NCBI GenBank assembly: GCA_965216635.1
Contig: OZ244188.1
Coordinates: forward strand, 960,001-1,024,000
Origin: a bacterium
GTDB taxonomy: Bacteria; SAR324; XYD2-FULL-50-16; G965216635
Direction: 5' to 3'
DNA length: 64,000 nt
A model generated the notes under the pieces. It ran no database searches. It was not told the origin of the DNA and saw only the letters and a program-made list of their open reading frames with translations. Both the position numbers and the translations under genes were made by a program. This document shows, piece after piece, positions 19,597-29,221 of the stretch (position 1 is its first letter; each line of letters opens with the position of its first letter).

Positions 19597-22437
19597 TCAA
19601 AAATTTTTTAGTATTTCTAAAAGTTTTGTTCTGTGTTTGCTGAAATCGTTTTTTCCGTCTTCGTCTGTAAAGCAGTGATATTGAAATTTTTTATTGTAGT
19701 TTAAAAAGGTTTCTTTGACAAATTTTTCTTTGGCTTTAAAAGAGTTATCTTCGTAAATTTTTCCTTTGGTCTCTAGGATAAGCACTTTTTCTATTTCAGC
19801 ATTTCTTGTTTTGTTTTGGTATTTTTTGCCTGTTTTTCTTTTAAGAATTAAAAAATCGGGAGTATAGTTTCCTCTGGGGGTTTGTATCCAAAAAGACTGT
19901 AAATCTTTGTCTTTATAACCGTTATAATAGACTTCGTATTTTTTTAGGGCTTCGTATTTTAGCATTTCTTCAAGAGCGTTTTGTTCAAGGCTAGAATCCA
20001 TTTTATAAGGACTATAGTTGTAGCTGATGTCTTGCGGGTCAGCTCCATTGTTTTCAAAAAAATCTTCTTCCATATATTCGGGGTGATTTTTATAGCCTCT
20101 ATTTCCTTCAAAATTAGCTTTTTCTATTTTGGGCATAAATTTATGAGGAACTCCAGCCCCAGAATAAAAAGGAATAAAAGGTTCTGCAATGTCCCATTGT
20201 AAAAGTTGAATTTCTGTGTTTTCGCTAATTTCTTTTTTCTCGTAGCTTATTTCGTTTAAAAAATAACCAGCAATATGGGAAATAATATCGCTTAGTTTCA
20301 ATATAGGATGCTTTTCTATCCATCCCATTTCTGCGATTATTTTATTGTGGACTTGCTTTATTTCTTTTTCGTAATTTTGGCAGAGATTCGTCTCATTGAG
20401 ACCTTCTTGCCAATAGAGAGATTTTGCGAGTGCATAAATAAAGTCAATATAAGTAAAATAAAAATCGTGGGTGAGATTGTCTTTTTTTTCATGGTTTATT
20501 GTTTCTCTAATTAGACTACTTTCTCCTATTTTTGCTGTTTGGGTTTGGTAATTGGTTGGAAATTTTATTTTTATTGTTTGCATGGAAAAATTTTGGAGTG
20601 CTTGTTTGGGTTGTGCTTCTTTTTTACAAATAATTTTATAAGTTGCTTTTACTTGGTTGTATTTCAGAGTTCCTAGTCTGGGTTTTCTTAATTGCACTTG
20701 GATACTATTTTCTTTGCTTGGCACAAGATCTGTTATCTTGAGTCTGTAATTATCTCTTAGTTCTTGGTCTAGAGTTCGGTAATTGTCTGGGGAAAGATAG
20801 ACAAGTGCTTTTTCTTTTTTAGCGTCCTCTACTTCTCTTAAACAACGGCAGCAGGCTTGTATCACAAAAATTTTCGTTGTTTCTCTACGAGGCAAAACAA
20901 CAGCTGTGAGACTTTTGCAATCCCAACCTTCTTTGCCTACTGCGACCAACAAGATTACTCTTTTTTGAGAGTGAGGTTGGTCTAGGTTATGAAAAACAGC
21001 AAGATTTTCTTTAGGGAGTTTGTAGGCTTTTTCTTTAGCTGCAGAGTAGTAGCAAAAAATTTCTGCTTCTTTTTCAAGACGGTTTTTTTGATACCATTCT
21101 TTTACAAGAGGTAAAAAAACTTCGTTGAGTTTTTCAATGGTAGGGCAGTAAAAAGCAATTTTACTTTTTGTTCCGTTGGTATATTCAAAGTCGTAATTTT
21201 TAAAAAAATCACTTAGGGCTTGATGCACAAAATCTTTGTCTGCTGTATCTTTGCTTTTGATATCAGGGATTTTTAAAAAATCGCCTATGCCAAGATTTAA
21301 GGGGTAGTTATAAACTGTATCTTGGATTTGGTTGAGCCGTATTTTCTCTTCATTGATGATAAGACTGCTTTTGATATAGGGCGTGCCAGAAAGTCCAATA
21401 ACGTTATTGATATTTTGGTACTGGTTGAGAGTGTCTACTGCTTGCCGTAGTTTTTTTTCACTGTTGCCAGTGCTATTATAACTATGATGCACTTCGTCTA
21501 ATACTACTCCTAGCTGAGGAATTTTTGAAAGTGCGGTGCGTAATTCATTGGAATTTGTAATTTCTGCCTCTTCTTTTTGGGGAAATTTTTGAAAGCCTAG
21601 TTTTTGTTTTTTACTATCTTCATTATATTTTTCTAAAACTACTTTTTCGGCATTGGTAATAAAAACCAAACCAAAATTTTCGCTTTGAGTTAAACGATTG
21701 ACTTTTTCTAGGTTGGGATTGTTGCCTTGTAGTTTGTCCTTTCTTTTGGAGCTCAGACTATCCAAAACTTCAATTTTTATATGTTGTTTGATTTTTTTGG
21801 CTGCTGTTTCTGGTAAAATCCAATAAGGGTCAAAATCTTTAATCGTTTTTAAAGATGGTAAAATCGCAGTCTTACTCGCATGGGGAGCTAGCACTACAAA
21901 ATTGTGCGCAAATCTTTTATCTTTTTTAGCAAAAATACTCGCAAAGTATAAATCAAGGTAAATAAAACAAGCTATGAGAAAGGTTTTACCCGCTCCCATA
22001 GGAAGACTATAAAGATAATTGGGGTAAGAAAAATTGTGCAGCAATTCATCAAGAAAATTTTCCCATTTGTTGCCTTCTTCTTTTTTGCTCCTTAAATCTC
22101 TGGCTAGGTTTTTTAATGAATTGTCTTCAAAAAATTGATTGAGAAATTGTTGGGTAAAGTTATTTCTAAAAATATGAGAATAGTCATAATTTTCAGCAAT
22201 TTCTTTGTCATAAAGTAAGCCTTGTCTAACAATAGCGGATAGTTTTTGATTTTGCCCTATAAATTTAATCCACAAATAATTTCTAATAGCTTCTTTTTGT
22301 GGGATGCGGAGTTTGTTTTGCTTATCAATGGTTTGGAATAAATTACCAATAATAGACTGAGAAAATTCTTTTTCTGCAAATAACCAAATAGATGCTTTGT
22401 GAGAAATAAGGTTATAGATTGTATTTTTTTCTGCCAT
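19597..22437 (-). CDS. res: Type III R-M restriction subunit (Res; SF2 helicase + PD-(D/E)xK nuclease)
   Basis: LPMGAGKT, LDEVHH, SGTP, EGWD, C-terminal YTPDF...LETKG; probable start ATG 22437. Confidence 0.88.
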   Translation of the reverse strand: MAEKNTIYNLISHKASIWLFAEKEFSQSIIGNLFQTIDKQNKLRIPQKEAIRNYLWIKFIGQNQKLSAIVRQGLLYDKEIAENYDYSHIFRNNFTQQFLNQFFEDNSLKNLARDLRSKKEEGNKWENFLDELLHNFSYPNYLYSLPMGAGKTFLIACFIYLDLYFASIFAKKDKRFAHNFVVLAPHASKTAILPSLKTIKDFDPYWILPETAAKKIKQHIKIEVLDSLSSKRKDKLQGNNPNLEKVNRLTQSENFGLVFITNAEKVVLEKYNEDSKKQKLGFQKFPQKEEAEITNSNELRTALSKIPQLGVVLDEVHHSYNSTGNSEKKLRQAVDTLNQYQNINNVIGLSGTPYIKSSLIINEEKIRLNQIQDTVYNYPLNLGIGDFLKIPDIKSKDTADKDFVHQALSDFFKNYDFEYTNGTKSKIAFYCPTIEKLNEVFLPLVKEWYQKNRLEKEAEIFCYYSAAKEKAYKLPKENLAVFHNLDQPHSQKRVILLVAVGKEGWDCKSLTAVVLPRRETTKIFVIQACCRCLREVEDAKKEKALVYLSPDNYRTLDQELRDNYRLKITDLVPSKENSIQVQLRKPRLGTLKYNQVKATYKIICKKEAQPKQALQNFSMQTIKIKFPTNYQTQTAKIGESSLIRETINHEKKDNLTHDFYFTYIDFIYALAKSLYWQEGLNETNLCQNYEKEIKQVHNKIIAEMGWIEKHPILKLSDIISHIAGYFLNEISYEKKEISENTEIQLLQWDIAEPFIPFYSGAGVPHKFMPKIEKANFEGNRGYKNHPEYMEEDFFENNGADPQDISYNYSPYKMDSSLEQNALEEMLKYEALKKYEVYYNGYKDKDLQSFWIQTPRGNYTPDFLILKRKTGKKYQNKTRNAEIEKVLILETKGKIYEDNSFKAKEKFVKETFLNYNKKFQYHCFTDEDGKNDFSKHRTKLLEILKNF

Positions 22438-22527
22438 AAAAACTAATTTTCTTTTGTTAAGTGCCAACCATCTTCTGCAGGACAAGAATATACGTTTAAT
22501 TTTTTTCTTTCTTCTTTATAAATTATA

Positions 22528-22667
22528 TAGACCTTTGAATTTGCGTTATGTGACGGCTAGGCAAGGCGAAAAATTTTTTTAGCTCGTAGGAATACTGAAG
22601 TATTTCAAGAGTTAAAAAAATTTTTCAACGCTGCATAGGCTAAACAGAATGCAAATTCAAAAGTCTA
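22528..22667. mobile_element. Palindromic MITE-like element (right border of the R-M island; inverted relative to the 13919 copy)
   Basis: tagacctttgaatttgc ... gcaaattcaaaagtcta. Confidence 0.9.
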
Positions 22668-22944
22668 TTATATCCGCTCTACGCTGAGCATCTTCTTTTG
22701 ATAAATAAGAATCTTTATAATTTCCATCTCTACCTGTACAGAAACGACATTTTTTGCTTGGTGTTTGTCTATCTTTAAGACCCAAGTGCCATAGAAAGCA
22801 TTTAGAACACTGATAAGGCGTTAGATTTCTTTGGTAATTTTCATTAGCATATTCTGCTGCTTCTTCTGCTTCTATTTCTGTATCATACTCTGTAAGTGGT
22901 TCTTTTGATTGTTTTCCAAAGCAAGTCTCACTTTTCTGATTCAT
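22657..22944 (-). CDS. Small Cys/His (zinc-binding-like) hypothetical protein, probably truncated at its 3' end by the MITE
   Basis: Y.T..EA..AA...L.PYQC..C..WHL unit; a second similar unit ends inside the MITE TIR (IDF*). Confidence 0.6.
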   Translation of the reverse strand: MNQKSETCFGKQSKEPLTEYDTEIEAEEAAEYANENYQRNLTPYQCSKCFLWHLGLKDRQTPSKKCRFCTGRDGNYKDSYLSKEDAQRRADIIDF

Positions 22945-22951
22945 AGTTTTT

Positions 22952-23518
22952 TTAAGTGAAGGATTGTGTTTTTTCGGAGATGTTGGTGTAGTATTTTATT
23001 TTGCCGATTTTTTGGGCAATTTTTTCAAAACATTCTGCTTTGTTTTCTGCTTGCTGTAACATTTCAAAATCTTGGTTGAGTTCTTTGGTGAGGTTTTGTT
23101 GTTCTTTTTTGAGTTCTTCTATTAGCTCTTTTTCTTCGGTAAGGGCATTGGGTTGTTCTAGTTTTTCTCTGATTTCTAGCATTTCTAGTAAAAAATCTTG
23201 TGGTTGGGTGAAATCTTTTTCTGCGGGTGTTTTATAAATTAAACCGCAAAGGTAAATGGCTCTTTGGAATGGATTGGAGAGAGTATCTTTGGCGTGTTTT
23301 AGAATTGCGGAGTATTTTAGACTGATTTTTTTTTGAGTTTCTTTTGCTGTAGCAAATAAATCAGGATGCAGTTGCAATATCCAATTTTCAAAGGAGAGTT
23401 CTAGCTTTACTTTATCTAAAGAGTATTTTTTAGGTAGATTAAAAAGAGAAAAGTGGTCGGGAATTTCTACCTTTTCTCTGAGATTTCCATCTTCTGCAAA
23501 GAAGATATTTTCATCCAT
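22952..23518 (-). CDS. hscB: Fe-S cluster co-chaperone HscB
   Basis: J-domain HPD, L.NPF.RA.YL, FL.EMLE.RE; isc context. Confidence 0.9.
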   Translation of the reverse strand: MDENIFFAEDGNLREKVEIPDHFSLFNLPKKYSLDKVKLELSFENWILQLHPDLFATAKETQKKISLKYSAILKHAKDTLSNPFQRAIYLCGLIYKTPAEKDFTQPQDFLLEMLEIREKLEQPNALTEEKELIEELKKEQQNLTKELNQDFEMLQQAENKAECFEKIAQKIGKIKYYTNISEKTQSFT

Positions 23519-23521
23519 TGT

Positions 23522-23869
23522 TTAGGCAAAGGTGGTCTGCTTGGGCGTGAACGAAGTTCCGCAACCACAAGCGGCATTTGCCTTGGGATTGTCAAATTTA
23601 AAGCCTCTTTCCATTAGGGAAGTTTTAAAATCTACTTCTGTTCCGTCTATGTAAAGTAGGCTTTTTCTATCTACAATAATTTTAAGATATTTGGATTCAA
23701 AAACCCTGTCAAACTTATCGGGAGTTTTTTGCTCAAAATCAAAATAGTAAGTAAATCCAGCGCAACCTCCTCCTTTGATTCCTAATCGTACAGGAATATC
23801 TTCTGTGAGGGAGTTTTCTTGCATTATTCTGCGAATTTCTTTTGCTGCATTTTCGGTTAAGACAATCAT
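23522..23869 (-). CDS. iscA: Fe-S assembly A-type carrier IscA
   Basis: GGGCAG and CGCG.SF motifs. Confidence 0.93.
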   Translation of the reverse strand: MIVLTENAAKEIRRIMQENSLTEDIPVRLGIKGGGCAGFTYYFDFEQKTPDKFDRVFESKYLKIIVDRKSLLYIDGTEVDFKTSLMERGFKFDNPKANAACGCGTSFTPKQTTFA

Positions 23870-23932
23870 TGCTTATTTTTTATCTTGGAATTTCACAGTT
23901 GGCAGTAAAAGTACAATACGTGCCTGCTATTA

Positions 23933-24127
23933 TAGACTTTTGAATTTGCCAAATAGGACAAAACCAGCTGTTTAGCCTATGCAGCGTTGAAAAAAATTTT
24001 TAACTCTTGCCATTTGTGAAGAAATGCTCTTGAGTATTCCTACGAGCTAAAAATTTTTTTCGCACCTGTTCTAACCATCTGGCTAGCCCCAATAGTGGGG
24101 TAAGCATCAGCGAAATTCAAAGGTCTA
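23933..24127. mobile_element. Palindromic MITE-like element between iscU and iscA
   Basis: tagacttttgaatttg ... gaaattcaaaggtcta, flanked by TA. Confidence 0.9.
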
Positions 24128-24152
24128 TATTATTTTAACTTGCCTCAAAACT

Positions 24153-24533
24153 CTAGTTTGCTACCTGTTTGCCTTTGTAATCTTTGATTGCTGCTTTGAT
24201 TGCATCTTCTGCTAAAACAGAGCAATGAATTTTTACAGGAGGCAAAGCTAATTCTTCAGAAATATCAGAATTAGTAATAGCATAAGCTTCATCTAGTGTT
24301 TTTCCTTTAATCCATTCTGTAGCAAGACTAGAGCTAGCAATAGCACTACCACAACCAAAGGTTTTAAATTTGGCGTCTACAATAGTACCTTTTTCTACTT
24401 GCACCTGAAGTTTCATAACATCGCCGCATTCTGGTGCTCCAACAATACCAGTGCCTACAGAATTATTTCCTTTTTCTAAGGAACCTACATTTTTAGGATT
24501 TTTATAATGATCCAATACTTTTTCATCATACAT
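24153..24533 (-). CDS. iscU: Fe-S scaffold IscU
   Basis: GAPECGDVM, FKTFGCGSAIASSS, LPPVKIHCS. Confidence 0.97.
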   Translation of the reverse strand: MYDEKVLDHYKNPKNVGSLEKGNNSVGTGIVGAPECGDVMKLQVQVEKGTIVDAKFKTFGCGSAIASSSLATEWIKGKTLDEAYAITNSDISEELALPPVKIHCSVLAEDAIKAAIKDYKGKQVAN

Positions 24534-24652
24534 AGTATGTTTTAAGTTGAGGTTAATAAAAAATTTTAAAATTAATTTTGTTTTTCTGCATCTTTTAGTT
24601 CTTCTAACGACATCTCACAATACTTACTAAACCTATTTGTAGTAGCTTTTGT

Positions 24653-24973
24653 TTAAAATTTAGCTTTATAATAAATCTCCTGTAAAAATAAAATATCATT
24701 TTCAATAAAAACTATTATCCTCATTCTATCACTACATTTTAGGTCAAATGATCTCAATTTCTTATAAACATAAAATATTCTTTTATTACAATCTGTGTCT
24801 GCACATTCTTCAAAATATTCTTTTTGTTCCCTTAATAAAAGCGTATCTAATATTACTTCTTTAAATTTGTCTATATCTTTCTTTAAATTTCTAAATCTTT
24901 TTAACTTTTTGGAATAATCTGTTACAAATTCTTCTAATTCTATAATTTTTTTAATATATTCTGTTTTTAACAT
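24653..24973 (-). CDS. RelE/ParE-like toxin candidate, possibly nonsense-truncated
   Basis: F..DYSKKLKRFRNL.KD....K...R.....RMRIIV...I.F.QEIYYK pattern; directly downstream of a Panacea gene. Confidence 0.55.
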   Translation of the reverse strand: MLKTEYIKKIIELEEFVTDYSKKLKRFRNLKKDIDKFKEVILDTLLLREQKEYFEECADTDCNKRIFYVYKKLRSFDLKCSDRMRIIVFIENDILFLQEIYYKAKF

Positions 24974-24983
24974 TGAAATTAAT

Positions 24984-25466
24984 TTAAGAAACAGAATATC
25001 TTTTCAGTCTATAAAAAACTAATTCAGGGTCTAAATTTTCATTATTTTTGGCTAATCTATAAGGTGTATCTTCGTGTGAATACTCGCTAACTTGAGTAGC
25101 AGTCATTCCTGAGCACTTTTTAATTGCATTATCTATCTGTTCAATTTCTTCTTGAGGAAGAAAATTAGGTTTTTTAAGTGAAAAAAATTTTTCTTTAAAA
25201 CCTATACCCCATTGTATTTTTTCAGAGTTTATTGTTTTTTCATTTTTTAACTCCTTAACTATTTCATCAAAGTTTCTAGGAGCTGGACCTTTATCTAACC
25301 TAGAATAAGTTTCATTTGTAATTAACCTATTGTTTTTTTCATAAAAGTCAAAATCTGAAAAATATAATATTTTCCAAAGATGTGTTTTATAAACTTTGTC
25401 TTGCTTAGTTTGATGAATAATATAATGCAAAACATCTTTAAATTTCTTTCTATTAAATTTAGTCAT
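24984..25466 (-). CDS. Panacea (DUF4065) antitoxin
   Basis: KT.LWKILYFSDFD.Y, ITNETY..L..GPAP, SEYSH.D.PY. Confidence 0.85.
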   Translation of the reverse strand: MTKFNRKKFKDVLHYIIHQTKQDKVYKTHLWKILYFSDFDFYEKNNRLITNETYSRLDKGPAPRNFDEIVKELKNEKTINSEKIQWGIGFKEKFFSLKKPNFLPQEEIEQIDNAIKKCSGMTATQVSEYSHEDTPYRLAKNNENLDPELVFYRLKRYSVS

Positions 25467-25541
25467 TTCTATTCTATCTAATAAGTTCTTTATAGATTAA
25501 TATTTTTCCCTTAACTGCTTTATACAATAAGGCTATAAATT

Positions 25542-26765
25542 TTAATGCCCAGACCATTCAATAGTAGATAGGTCTATCCCTTCTTTTACCATTTCATAAA
25601 GAGGCGACATTTCTCTTAAACGAGTAGCCACACTTACCATTTTTTCAATCACTCTGTCAATTTCTTCTTCGGTTGTGAAACGACCTATACTAAAACGGAT
25701 AGAAGAATGCGCTGCTTCGTCTCCTACTCCCAACGCTCTAAGAACATAAGAAGGCTCTAGTGAAGCAGAAGTGCAAGCAGAACCAGAAGAAACGGCTATA
25801 TCTTCTATTCCCATCATTAAACTTTCCCCTTCAATATAGCAAAAACTCAAATTTAAAATACCGGGAAGGCGGTTTTCTGGGTGTCCGTTGAGAGTAAGAT
25901 AATCTATTTTATCAGTTAAGCCCTTATGAAGCCTTTCACGCAAAGCTGTGATTTTTACCATAGATTCTGACAGAGTATTTTTGCAAATTTCACAAGCTTT
26001 CCCCAAACCTATAATTCCCGTTACATTCATAGTTCCAGAACGCATGCCTCTTTCGTGTCCTCCGCCGTGCACTATTGGACTCAACCTTACTCTAGGATTT
26101 CTACGACGAACATACAAAGCACCTACTCCTTTGGGTCCATAAATTTTATGTCCAGATAAAGAAAGCAGGTCTATATTCATTTCTTCTACATCTATCGGAA
26201 TTTTACCGACAGCTTGTGTTGCGTCTGTATGAAAAAATACATTTTTTTCACGAGCAATTTTTCCAATTTCTTCAATAGGGTGTAAAACACCAATTTCATT
26301 ATTGGCAGCCATTAAAGAAATTAAAACAGTTTTATCGGTAATAGCTTTTTTCAATTCTTCTAAATCAATCATGCCATCCTTATCTACTTCTAAAAAAGTA
26401 ACATCAAAACCTTTTGTTTCAAGGTAGTGGACGGGGTCTAAAACAGCCTTGTGTTCTGTAAGACAAGTAATAATATGATTGCCTCTTTCTCGATACATCT
26501 CTGTAATCCCTAAAAGAGCCATATTATTAGATTCGGTAGAACCGCTGGTAAAAATAATTTCTTTAGCTGTTGCTCCAATTAAATTTGCAACCTGCTTTCT
26601 TGCATTTTCTACCGCTTCTTCTGCTTCCCATCCGTAGCTATGGTTTCTACTCGCTGCATTACCAAAAACATTTGTAAAATAAGGCAACATTACTTCCAAT
26701 ACATTCGGATCTACTGGAGTAGTAGCCGAATAGTCTAAATAAATTCTCTCTTTTTTATCTAACAT
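25542..26765 (-). CDS. iscS: Cysteine desulfurase IscS
   Basis: [36 protein letters not shown]. Confidence 0.97.
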   Translation of the reverse strand: MLDKKERIYLDYSATTPVDPNVLEVMLPYFTNVFGNAASRNHSYGWEAEEAVENARKQVANLIGATAKEIIFTSGSTESNNMALLGITEMYRERGNHIITCLTEHKAVLDPVHYLETKGFDVTFLEVDKDGMIDLEELKKAITDKTVLISLMAANNEIGVLHPIEEIGKIAREKNVFFHTDATQAVGKIPIDVEEMNIDLLSLSGHKIYGPKGVGALYVRRRNPRVRLSPIVHGGGHERGMRSGTMNVTGIIGLGKACEICKNTLSESMVKITALRERLHKGLTDKIDYLTLNGHPENRLPGILNLSFCYIEGESLMMGIEDIAVSSGSACTSASLEPSYVLRALGVGDEAAHSSIRFSIGRFTTEEEIDRVIEKMVSVATRLREMSPLYEMVKEGIDLSTIEWSGH

Positions 26766-26869
26766 AGTTTTCTATAGGTTAATTCACTATAAGTATTACA
26801 ATTTTTTTGTTTGTTGTCAAGTTTTTAAATATCCTTGATTTTTAAACTTTAACATTATAGGAAATCCAG

Positions 26870-26920
26870 ACAGGGTGCGAAAATTTTTTTATGCCTAACC
26901 TAGCCGTTACACAACACTTT
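26870..26920. repeat. Internal fragment of the MITE-like element
   Basis: gtgcgaaaatttttttatgcctaacctagccgttacac resembles internal modules of other copies; no TIRs. Confidence 0.5.
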
Positions 26921-26963
26921 AACCTCCATTAGGAGACGATTTTGAGAAGTTGCCGACTGTGAA

Positions 26964-28307
26964 TTAGTGCAAAAAATTATAAAAATCAGAAACATTTTTA
27001 AAGCTATTTACCTGTAAAGAGCCTATTTCAGAAGGTTTTTGAGACATTTTTCCTAAAAAAGCTTGCTTAAAACCACATCTTTCTGTTTCTTTGAGTCTAT
27101 CTTTCCAATTTCCATTAAGGCTGATTTGCCCTGTTAAAGCAACTTCACCTAAAAAAATACTATAAGCAGGTAATGGTTGATTGGTATGGCTACTAATGAT
27201 GGTAGCTAGAGCAGCCAAGCTAATTAACGGTTCGTTGCAGCGGTATCCTCCCGCAATATTGAGATAAACATCGTTTTGGCTCAATTCTACACCTAAAAAT
27301 TTATCCAATACTGCTAAAAGCAAAAGCAATTTGCTCCTATCCAAGCCTACTGATGTTTTTAAAGAAGCAGGGTGGGTGTGCTTGCCCACGAGAGCTTGAA
27401 TTTCTATCAGAAGAGTGCGGTTGCCTTGCATCATAGGAAAAAAAGCAGTCCCGCTAATAGATTCTTCGGCAAGATTAGACATTAAAACCTTATTGGGTTG
27501 TGAAATTTCTGCTAAACCTTTTGCTGTCATTTTAAAAAGCCCAGTTTCAAAGGTAGAACCAAAGCGGTTTTTTGCAGCTCTGAGAGTTTTGAGTCCGTAG
27601 TTATTTTCTTCCTCTAGGTAAAGTACATAATCTACCATATGTTCTAAAATTTTAGGTCCTGCAAGATTACCTTCTTTAGTAATATGTCCTACAAGCAAAA
27701 AAGTAGCGGGGTTTTGCTTGGAGTAGTGCAAAATTTTCATAGTGCATTCCCTAACCTGCGTCTGATTCCCAGCGGAACTAGGATTTTCACCTGTGCTAAT
27801 AGTCTGAATAGAGTCAATTACAATGAAATCTGGTTTTAACTGGGTAACAGTAGTCAAGATATTTTCTAAGCTATTTTCTATGATGATAAAAATATCTTCC
27901 TGCGGTATTTCAAGCCTTTGAGCTCGTAGTTTAATTTGACTTGCCGATTCCTCTCCTGAAACATAAAGTACTTTTTTCTTGATTTTTGTAAGTCTGCCTA
28001 AAATTTGTAAAATCAAGGTAGATTTTCCAATACCGGGAGCACCCCCCAATAAACCAATAGATTGATAAACAAAACCTTTACCCAATACTCTATCTAGTTC
28101 ATAAACTCCTGTTTGCCATATATCTTTTTCTTCTGTTTCGGCGATAGCTGCAAGATTTTTTGTTTCTGAGATGGTAGTGGTTTGAGATAATTCTTCATTA
28201 AGCTGTTCTATACTGTCCCAACTGGAACATTGTTCGCACTTACCTTGCCATTTACTAAAAAGCGCAGCACAGTTTTTACAACGAAAAGAAAACTTTTTTT
28301 TTGACAA
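26964..28307 (-). CDS. radA: DNA repair protein RadA/Sms
   Basis: N-terminal C4 zinc finger, GAPGIGKST, KNRFG motif. Confidence 0.95.
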   Translation of the reverse strand: MSKKKFSFRCKNCAALFSKWQGKCEQCSSWDSIEQLNEELSQTTTISETKNLAAIAETEEKDIWQTGVYELDRVLGKGFVYQSIGLLGGAPGIGKSTLILQILGRLTKIKKKVLYVSGEESASQIKLRAQRLEIPQEDIFIIIENSLENILTTVTQLKPDFIVIDSIQTISTGENPSSAGNQTQVRECTMKILHYSKQNPATFLLVGHITKEGNLAGPKILEHMVDYVLYLEEENNYGLKTLRAAKNRFGSTFETGLFKMTAKGLAEISQPNKVLMSNLAEESISGTAFFPMMQGNRTLLIEIQALVGKHTHPASLKTSVGLDRSKLLLLLAVLDKFLGVELSQNDVYLNIAGGYRCNEPLISLAALATIISSHTNQPLPAYSIFLGEVALTGQISLNGNWKDRLKETERCGFKQAFLGKMSQKPSEIGSLQVNSFKNVSDFYNFLH

Positions 28308-28378
28308 TGTGATTTTAAGGTTTCTAGCTGTTTTTATTTTACAACAAATAAATGAAATTGCAGTAATTTAATGTTCGT

Positions 28379-29221
28379 TTGTTTTTTAAAAAAAAAAATT
28401 GTAAAATTTCACATAAAACTCCCTACAATTTACTAGTGCTTGATAATAAAGAACCAAAAACAATCCTCTTTTTAGAGAAAAAATATATTTTGGTTACAAC
28501 CGATAGCCATTTTCAAAATTCTTGGCAAGAAATGAAACATTTTTGCAAACTACTAGCCAGCCTACCTGCCAAAGATTACCACCTTGTCCTACTTGGAGAT
28601 TTATTTCACTGTTGGACAGATCTTGCTAAAACTCTTTTTTCAGAACAAAAAAAACTATTACAATACTTGGTAGATTTTAGAAAAAAAGGAGGAGCTGTGC
28701 ATTTTTTAATGGGCAATAGAGATATTTTTTTTAGTAAAAAACAAACTCTTCGCTTTGATTTTGGCAAGCCTTTTGATTCTGTTAGTCGGCATTTTTTAGT
28801 TTTTGAAACAAAGGATGAAAAAAAAATTTTCTTTGAACATGGAGATTTGATTAACCAACAAGACAAAAATCATCTTTTATGGCGGAAATTTATCCGTAGT
28901 TATTTTGTAAAAATCTGTTTTTGTCTTATCCCTAGTTGCTGGATTAAAAAATTTATCTTTTATGCAGAAAAAAAGTTAAAAAATCAAAATAAGAAGCACA
29001 AGAAACTTTTTCCCAAAGAAGCGTGGCTTAAATTTTTATCCCAAAAATCTGCCTACCAACTTTGCGTTGTCGGTCATTTTCATCCTAAAAAAACTCTCTT
29101 TGAAAAACACAAATTCAAAAAGACTACTATTGAAGCTATTATTTTGAAGGCTTGGATGGATGAACCTGTTTATCTTGTGATAGATCAAAGATTAAAGGCT
29201 GTAGTAAAACTAACGGGCTAA
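28379..29221 (+). CDS. lpxH: UDP-2,3-diacylglucosamine hydrolase-like metallophosphoesterase
   Basis: DSH, LGDLF, GNRD, HGD, GHFH motifs; start uncertain. Confidence 0.7.
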   Translation: MFFKKKNCKISHKTPYNLLVLDNKEPKTILFLEKKYILVTTDSHFQNSWQEMKHFCKLLASLPAKDYHLVLLGDLFHCWTDLAKTLFSEQKKLLQYLVDFRKKGGAVHFLMGNRDIFFSKKQTLRFDFGKPFDSVSRHFLVFETKDEKKIFFEHGDLINQQDKNHLLWRKFIRSYFVKICFCLIPSCWIKKFIFYAEKKLKNQNKKHKKLFPKEAWLKFLSQKSAYQLCVVGHFHPKKTLFEKHKFKKTTIEAIILKAWMDEPVYLVIDQRLKAVVKLTG

